A stretch of 64,000 bases of DNA from Elusimicrobiota bacterium (GTDB lineage: Bacteria; Elusimicrobiota; Elusimicrobia; F11). Shown one piece after another: positions 59,401 through 64,000 of the stretch (the stretch's first letter is position 1; every line of letters starts with the position of its first letter). Location: assembly GCA_044221725.1 (NCBI GenBank), contig JBGAON010000002.1:288001-352000 (forward strand). The letters run 5' to 3'. The position numbers were made by a program, and so were the translations under genes. A model generated the notes under the pieces. The model made no database searches, had not been told where the DNA came from, and saw nothing but the letters and a program-made list of their open reading frames with translations.

Positions 59401-61817
59401 TGGCGCCCGGATCGAGCGCGACGACGCGAAATGTGTTTAGCGTGGTTCGCGACTTTTCAAAACACGATTTCTTCCGTTTTTTCCTCAGCAAGCCCAGAGG
59501 ATGCAGCGGCGGCTGCAACGGCCAAGTGTTCTTACAGGTGGGATCCGAAACCGAATATCAGCAGGCCACCATCGATTTGGTGAACGTGCCCGAAGCGCCG
59601 AATTGGCGGCTCGTGTCAATCGAGCAAAAAGACTTAAACACCGATGGCACGCCGGACACGTGGTCTTCGAGCGACCCCACCGTCGTGATTTCCCGAACGA
59701 ATGGTGCGCCAAACCTTACGCAGGTTGCGCAAATAAAAATTGGTGTTATAAACAATTCGAACGCCACGATAACGAATCAAGTCTGGATCAATGAAATTCA
59801 CGAAGCCGAACCACACGAACGCACCGGACACGCAAAAAAATATGCGTTTGACAGTCAATGGGCCGGATGGATGGATTTTGGAGGTGCCTACCGCGACGTC
59901 GACCGAAATTGGGAGACGCCAACGACCGCGATCACGAACCAAGATAGCACGCAGAGCAACATGTTCGTTAATGTTAATCGAATTTCATTTTTGCCAATGA
60001 CGTTTAAGACGACGCGTGACGTAAACGTGACACCATCGGCATTTCGATCAAATCAGAATGCTCTCGTGTCATTTTTTGATGAAGGACGGGTGGAGCGTTT
60101 CACAAACTCGTCCACCGCGAAACTCATCGTTCCGAAACTTCCGGTTCTTGATTTCAGCTACAACAACGACAAAACAGAAAATACCATTACGCAGCGCACC
60201 GAGATCAACGACGTCGTTAATCTCGGCGCCACATACGCCCCGACCACGAGGTTCGATATGTTGCCGACCGACATGCTAACCCTGCGTCCGATTCCGACCT
60301 CCATCACGTTCTTGCACACCACGCGTCGTTCGAAGTTGCGTTATTCGGCGCTCGAGAAATTGCTGGAATTCAATATTTCAACGGCGCCGTTTACATCCAC
60401 AAATTTAACGCAGTTCAGCGATGAGAATGAGGTTCGAATGGGTTTTAAGCCGTGGGAAGGGTTTACATTTAATCCCGCTTACAAACTGCGGACCGACAAG
60501 GAACAACGCGATTTTCGTGAGGATGAAAAAAACGCTCTTGCTGCGGTGAACAATATCGATCAGGTAAAAACGCCGCGCTCCATTGCTCAGTCCGTGTCCG
60601 CGGCGGGGAATCTGCGAGTTTTCAAGTGGCTTGATCCCCGATACAACTATTCAATGAGTGGCACCGAAACGAACGGACTGCCCACCCAGTCCAACACAAC
60701 GGCGTACAATTTGAAAACCATCACACGAAACAGCCAAGGGGAAGTGTCGGCCGCGATTCAGGTGAGCCAAATTTTGCCGAGCTTTAAACCCACGAATTCC
60801 ATGAATTTCAACACGAGTTACAAATTGGAAAACGGTGACAGTTACGAAAACATGCCGAAAGATTTTTCGTGGCGCAATCAGTTGTGGGTGGGCAAGCCGC
60901 TTGTTGTGAACAGCAGCACCGGCACCGTGAACGTCGCCCGCCGCGTGAACGCCACCGATCGACGAACGTTTCGGACGAATCTGGCGTGGCAGCCGTGGAG
61001 CGCCTATCGCATCGATAGTCGCCGCTTGAAACCACTGAACACGCTCTCACTTACCAGCAACTATCTCGTCTCGCGCGAGGACAGTGAAGACACTGGCACG
61101 CAGCGTCATGTGGACTCGATCACGTGGCCGGATTTAATTCTCACCATTAACGACACCGAAAACTTTTTCAACGTCAAACGCGTGATCAGTGCGTCGCGGT
61201 TGGTACTTAAAACGAACAGGCGTTTGACCGAGACCCGCAACGTTAGTCGTAGTCGCGCCGATAGTTACGGCGTCGATTATCAATTCCAGTTCATTAAGAA
61301 ATACGATTTCTCGACAACCTACAACAAAGCAACAACCCAGGACGACAATTTGGTAACCAATCAATTGGCGTCGCGTTCCGATACAACGAACTTTGCGATC
61401 CAAACGCGTATTCCGGTGCGATCCTGGGCGTACACGCCGCGTTTTGAACGGAACATCAATAACGCCCACGATTCGGTTCAACAAACGAACGACCTCGTGA
61501 ACGACGTGTATTCGTTGCAAATCTATGGTGATATCTCAAAGCCGCTCGGTATTCGATTGGGCCGCAAGGAAATTGGCCTCGCGAACCGCATGATTCTGAA
61601 TTCCACATTGAAGTGGGATAAAAAGCGCTCGTCGATCAATCCGGGCACGAACTTTTTGGATACGTATTCGGCGACGGTCTCCGGCGATTACACAATTTCG
61701 CAAAATTTCCGGCTTGCCATTGGCGGCAATTACAGCCAAGAAGTGCACCATCCCGATTTCAAAAAGCTCGACCGCAGCACTTTCGGCATTAATTCGACAT
61801 TGACGATCCAGTTCTAA
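56418..61817 (+). CDS. SprA/Sov-like very large outer-membrane protein
   Basis: N-terminal LSITGRK...MQQELQARIQG...YRGDPDEVVQEAAFGDIVLSLP...QLFGI, repeated DY(S/F)(V/I)D motifs, SETVEVNG, DTEDx/DSEDLNGD, long C-terminal beta-strands and a terminal Phe. Confidence 0.72.
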   Translation: MRHLVPSFARFYLLILVGFFFVLTSFRTTSYADPKNRFSIGPSLEEETAPTKEPEESFRYTQDDWNQMRRVFEGEIAPVTVSSATAIISSGAVVAPKPPPGLLNVDLPYESSLSITGRKVIRLDIQNTHISSERAAELGTKQDTQSFNMQQELQARIQGTVARKTTINVNFDDTKENVKDFSVVYRGDPDEVVQEAAFGDIVLSLPSTEFVNYNKQLFGIRTALKYKRAGLMVIGSRTKGTTETKRFTGATTRQQKRINDTAYDQRRFYDLTFATSPAMYQGNLLNNHPPLPINGTVPESVYIEDTTGLNPLATTYLVATPTAPATTAISIRMRQMSPGVDYSVDRVRGIITFVNQVPLDVRVAIDFTLADGTRLSSLVAGGIAVLIKDKPPEAPGVSQEIKRFYRLGDKNIVRDNGLGNFAFKVLDKNGETEIGDTLVPPQRYPDTIEMKFETGVFELKNPLPFGDLYAPNVNTNAPLHAIFSVEYQSIIRTFTLRPNIVIQSETVEVNGRKVTRDLDYFIDYDIGIITFFNEDLIRESTVIEITYEFAPFGGVLGETLVGARGTYDLMQEKKTGFTQMEKWTAGSTVLYNFGAKPTGPPDIRSTPSSLLVTEGDTQLKGIKFGSIPIKTNVSLEAARSDQNPNLFGKAIIDSMEGIKQEDASTMLHDAWLPAANPISGTSNTVMDFRRRDNRDGHLWWQEVDENTTDPTDGSATQKVLEVNYNLNPTGGSIPNSVPEQVSLVNVISLGGRDFSKKTTLEVEVEGAGAEGQNVELQIDYGTFNEDADGDGKLDTEDQIPFDGILNLGEDTGYDFNGPAGPFVIGANNGRLDSEDLNGDHVLTTADTAVTFKPLFWLSASQGQTDTGGHFTTDLSFPTTERRLFQIPLNINQLSEEEKARFTSVKQVRVTIRNTTPGVTKQGRIHIVRLAIVGNTYEPATISGSLSSTMTVRAVNNKDDPGYGTLATNPAYQDLYKGAAPSSDAKEQALSLDYSMAPGSSATTRNVFSVVRDFSKHDFFRFFLSKPRGCSGGCNGQVFLQVGSETEYQQATIDLVNVPEAPNWRLVSIEQKDLNTDGTPDTWSSSDPTVVISRTNGAPNLTQVAQIKIGVINNSNATITNQVWINEIHEAEPHERTGHAKKYAFDSQWAGWMDFGGAYRDVDRNWETPTTAITNQDSTQSNMFVNVNRISFLPMTFKTTRDVNVTPSAFRSNQNALVSFFDEGRVERFTNSSTAKLIVPKLPVLDFSYNNDKTENTITQRTEINDVVNLGATYAPTTRFDMLPTDMLTLRPIPTSITFLHTTRRSKLRYSALEKLLEFNISTAPFTSTNLTQFSDENEVRMGFKPWEGFTFNPAYKLRTDKEQRDFREDEKNALAAVNNIDQVKTPRSIAQSVSAAGNLRVFKWLDPRYNYSMSGTETNGLPTQSNTTAYNLKTITRNSQGEVSAAIQVSQILPSFKPTNSMNFNTSYKLENGDSYENMPKDFSWRNQLWVGKPLVVNSSTGTVNVARRVNATDRRTFRTNLAWQPWSAYRIDSRRLKPLNTLSLTSNYLVSREDSEDTGTQRHVDSITWPDLILTINDTENFFNVKRVISASRLVLKTNRRLTETRNVSRSRADSYGVDYQFQFIKKYDFSTTYNKATTQDDNLVTNQLASRSDTTNFAIQTRIPVRSWAYTPRFERNINNAHDSVQQTNDLVNDVYSLQIYGDISKPLGIRLGRKEIGLANRMILNSTLKWDKKRSSINPGTNFLDTYSATVSGDYTISQNFRLAIGGNYSQEVHHPDFKKLDRSTFGINSTLTIQF

Positions 61818-61875
61818 CAAGCCTAAACTCTGCGCCCCTCCAACCGGAGGATTTCTGCGTTCGCTTGCCAATGAC

Positions 61876-62517
61876 TTGTTAAACGCGTTTTTGCCCGCCA
61901 CATGTTTAAGTTGCAGGCGCGATCTGGGCAAGTCCGTTCCGGTGCTTCGGTTGTGTGCGCTGTGTGCGTCGCAAATGAGCTCTTCTGGGATTGTCGATTT
62001 TCTCGATCGCGGCGCGCTCAAATTGCACGCAAGTTCCGAGTTTGATGGCCCGCTGCGACATCTCATCCATTCGTTCAAGTACAAACGTCAGCAACGTCTG
62101 GGGGCGCTGCTGGCGCGGCGTTGGTTGCAAAGCTTTTCGCCGATAGAGCTACCTGTCGATGCGGTTGTCTGTGTTCCTTCGACGCCGCTAAAAAACTTGC
62201 TACGCGGATACAATCCGGCCGAAGAGATTGCGAAAGAGATCGCACGCGAGTGGCGTGTCCCTTTGCGCGGAGGAATAATTCGCCGCCGGTGGTTGACCGC
62301 GTCCCAGACCCGCTTCGGGCGTCGGCAGCGTTTCGAGAACGCGGCACAGAGTTTCGCGCCAGCCGCAACAAACAAGTTAATGGGGCAGCGCGTTCTGCTC
62401 GTGGACGATGTTTGTACGACCGGAGCCACGCTCGCGATCTGCGCCCGGATCCTACGCCAGGCGGGGGCCAAAGAGATTATTGCCGGCACCATAGCGCGAG
62501 AAACCCTTCTACGGTAA
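61876..62517 (+). CDS. comF: ComF family amidophosphoribosyltransferase-like competence protein
   Basis: CxxC...CxxC, RGYNPA and VLLVDDVCTTGATL. Confidence 0.85.
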   Translation: MLNAFLPATCLSCRRDLGKSVPVLRLCALCASQMSSSGIVDFLDRGALKLHASSEFDGPLRHLIHSFKYKRQQRLGALLARRWLQSFSPIELPVDAVVCVPSTPLKNLLRGYNPAEEIAKEIAREWRVPLRGGIIRRRWLTASQTRFGRRQRFENAAQSFAPAATNKLMGQRVLLVDDVCTTGATLAICARILRQAGAKEIIAGTIARETLLR

Positions 62518-62532
62518 GCGTTTTTCGGATTC

Positions 62533-62583
62533 TTGACGAATTAAGTCGATTTGGTACAATCCGGCTCAGTAAATATTAGGAGG
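62533..62583 (+). promoter_or_regulatory. sigma70 promoter TTGACG-N16-TACAAT (extended -10 TG) and RBS AGGAGG for gap-pgk
   Basis: Near-consensus hexamers at 62533-62538 and 62555-62560. SD at 62578-62583. Confidence 0.7.
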
Positions 62584-62588
62584 ATCAC

Positions 62589-63611
62589 ATGTCTGTTAAA
62601 GTAGGAATTAATGGTTTTGGACGCATCGGCCGTTTGGCTTTAAAGGCCGGCCTTCAGAACAAAGATCTCGAGTTCGTCGCCGTTAACGATTTGACCGACG
62701 CAAAAACGCTCGCTCACCTTTTCAAATACGACTCCACGTTCGGAATTTATCCTGGAACCGTCACCGCCGAAGCTGGTGCGATCATCATCGACGGAAAGAA
62801 AATCAAAGTGTTGGCCGAGCGCGACCCCAGCAAATTGCCATGGAAAGATCTTGGTGTTGAGATCGTTATCGAATCCACGGGCCATTTCACGGATGCTGAG
62901 AAAGCGAAGCTTCATCTCCAAGCGGGCGCAAAGAAAGTCATCATCTCGGCTCCAGCCAAAGGCGAAGACATCACTGTTTGTATGGGCATCAACGACAAAA
63001 ACTACGATGCCGGTAAACACAACATTATCTCGAACGCGTCTTGTACCACGAACGCGTTGGCGCCATTGGCCAAAGTTTTGAACGACAGCTTGAAAGTGAA
63101 AAAAGGACTCATGACCACAATTCACTCGTTCACGAACGATCAAGTAACGCTGGACTTCCCACACAAAGATCTTCGTCGCGCCCGCACCGCGAGCGCTTCG
63201 ATGATTCCAACGTCCACCGGTGCCGCGAAAGCCATCGGCTTGGTGTTGCCAGAACTTAAGGGGAAACTGAACGGTATTGCGATTCGTGTTCCTACTCAGG
63301 ACGTTTCGATTGTTGACTTGACGGTTGAAGTTGAGAAGCCGACCACGAAAGAAGAAGTCATCGGCATTTTCAAGAAGGCCGCTGAGACGAACCTCAAAGG
63401 GTATCTTCAGTTCAGCGATCAGCCGCTCGTTTCGACCGATTTCTTGGAAAACAAGAACTCTTCTATCTTCGATGCCGATCTCACCGAAGTCATGGACGGA
63501 ACGCAAGTGAAGGTATTTGGTTGGTACGACAACGAGTGGGGCTATTCGAATCGATTGATCGATTTGACCGCGCTCGTTGCTAAAACACTCAAAACCGCTG
63601 TCGCCGCTTAA
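62589..63611 (+). CDS. gap: Glyceraldehyde-3-phosphate dehydrogenase, type I
   Basis: GINGFGRIGR, SNASCTTN, PTSTGAAKA and WYDNEWGYS. Confidence 0.98.
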   Translation: MSVKVGINGFGRIGRLALKAGLQNKDLEFVAVNDLTDAKTLAHLFKYDSTFGIYPGTVTAEAGAIIIDGKKIKVLAERDPSKLPWKDLGVEIVIESTGHFTDAEKAKLHLQAGAKKVIISAPAKGEDITVCMGINDKNYDAGKHNIISNASCTTNALAPLAKVLNDSLKVKKGLMTTIHSFTNDQVTLDFPHKDLRRARTASASMIPTSTGAAKAIGLVLPELKGKLNGIAIRVPTQDVSIVDLTVEVEKPTTKEEVIGIFKKAAETNLKGYLQFSDQPLVSTDFLENKNSSIFDADLTEVMDGTQVKVFGWYDNEWGYSNRLIDLTALVAKTLKTAVAA

Positions 63612-63617
63612 TTAATA

Positions 63618-64000
63618 ATGTCGTCTGTTGCAGAGGCGGTCATTCGCAAGAAATCATTCACGACGTTGCCACTCGCGGATCAGCGGGTGCTCGTGCGAGT
63701 GGATTTCAATGTTCCTTTCAACAAAGAAGGGAAAGTTTCTGATGATGCCCGTCTGCGGGCGCATCTTCCTACGATCGAATATTTGATCGAAAAGAAAGCG
63801 AAAGTCATTCTGATCGCCCATCTCGGCCGACCAAAAGGACAAGTTAATCCAAAATACAGCCTGAAGCCCGTGGTAAAACCGCTCAGTGATTTGCTGAGGC
63901 GTCCTGTTCAGTTCGTTGAAAATTGTGTTGGTCCAAAGGCGTTTGAGGCGGTCGCAAAACTCAAAGCGGGCGATATTTTGCTTCTTGAGAACCTTCGGTT
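63618..64000 (+). CDS. pgk: Phosphoglycerate kinase (5' part, runs off the window)
   Basis: Own translation from ATG 63618 gives RVLVRVDFNVP...DDARLRAHLPTI...AHLGRPKG...LLLENLR. Confidence 0.95.
   Translation, partial: MSSVAEAVIRKKSFTTLPLADQRVLVRVDFNVPFNKEGKVSDDARLRAHLPTIEYLIEKKAKVILIAHLGRPKGQVNPKYSLKPVVKPLSDLLRRPVQFVENCVGPKAFEAVAKLKAGDILLLENLR

Noticed and set aside
62640..63506. 288-aa reverse-strand ORF, and similar long antisense ORFs (5214-6224, 35471-36490, 9772-10542, 153-1013)
   Set aside because: They lie opposite well-supported genes and show no recognisable motifs. They are typical codon-bias shadow ORFs.
1..64000. CRISPR arrays, rRNA/tRNA genes, JUMPStart/ops element, strong intrinsic terminators
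   Set aside because: None was recognised by eye. Intergenic gaps are mostly short. A covariance-model scan would be needed to exclude small RNAs, for example at 34348-34460.

Overview
Gene-dense 64 kb from a diderm bacterium with LPS: KdsD, two GT9s and LptFG are present. The SprA-like protein and overall gene set suggest Elusimicrobiota or a similar lineage, but that is inference only. About 49 kb (1-49285) is a + strand cell-envelope glycan supercluster. It encodes UDP-GlcA/UDP-pentose enzymes, a CDP-3,6-dideoxyhexose route (RfbF, RfbG, an RmlD-like::RfbH fusion, an RfbJ-like reductase), a TcaB9-like sugar C-methyltransferase with an aminotransferase and three more SDRs, several GT4/GT2/GT9 enzymes, Wzx and a WbaP/WcaJ-type initiator. 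It also holds about five polytopic GT-C-like (lipid-linked sugar) transferases, one fused to a pilin/GspG-like head. An AT-richer island (~28960-34470) sits inside the cluster and is the best candidate for an undescribed system. It encodes a TMTC-type TPR O-glycosyltransferase, three paralogous secreted Ser/Thr-rich proteins with phage-fibre-tip-like heads, a secreted C1q-domain protein and a small exported partner. Downstream lie metK-ahcY, a TPR lipoprotein with a PorV/TraF-like barrel, lptFG on the - strand, a 1799-aa SprA-like protein, comF, gap and the start of pgk. No rRNA, tRNA, CRISPR array, transposase or integrase was recognised. All family calls come from motif recognition by eye, not from database searches.
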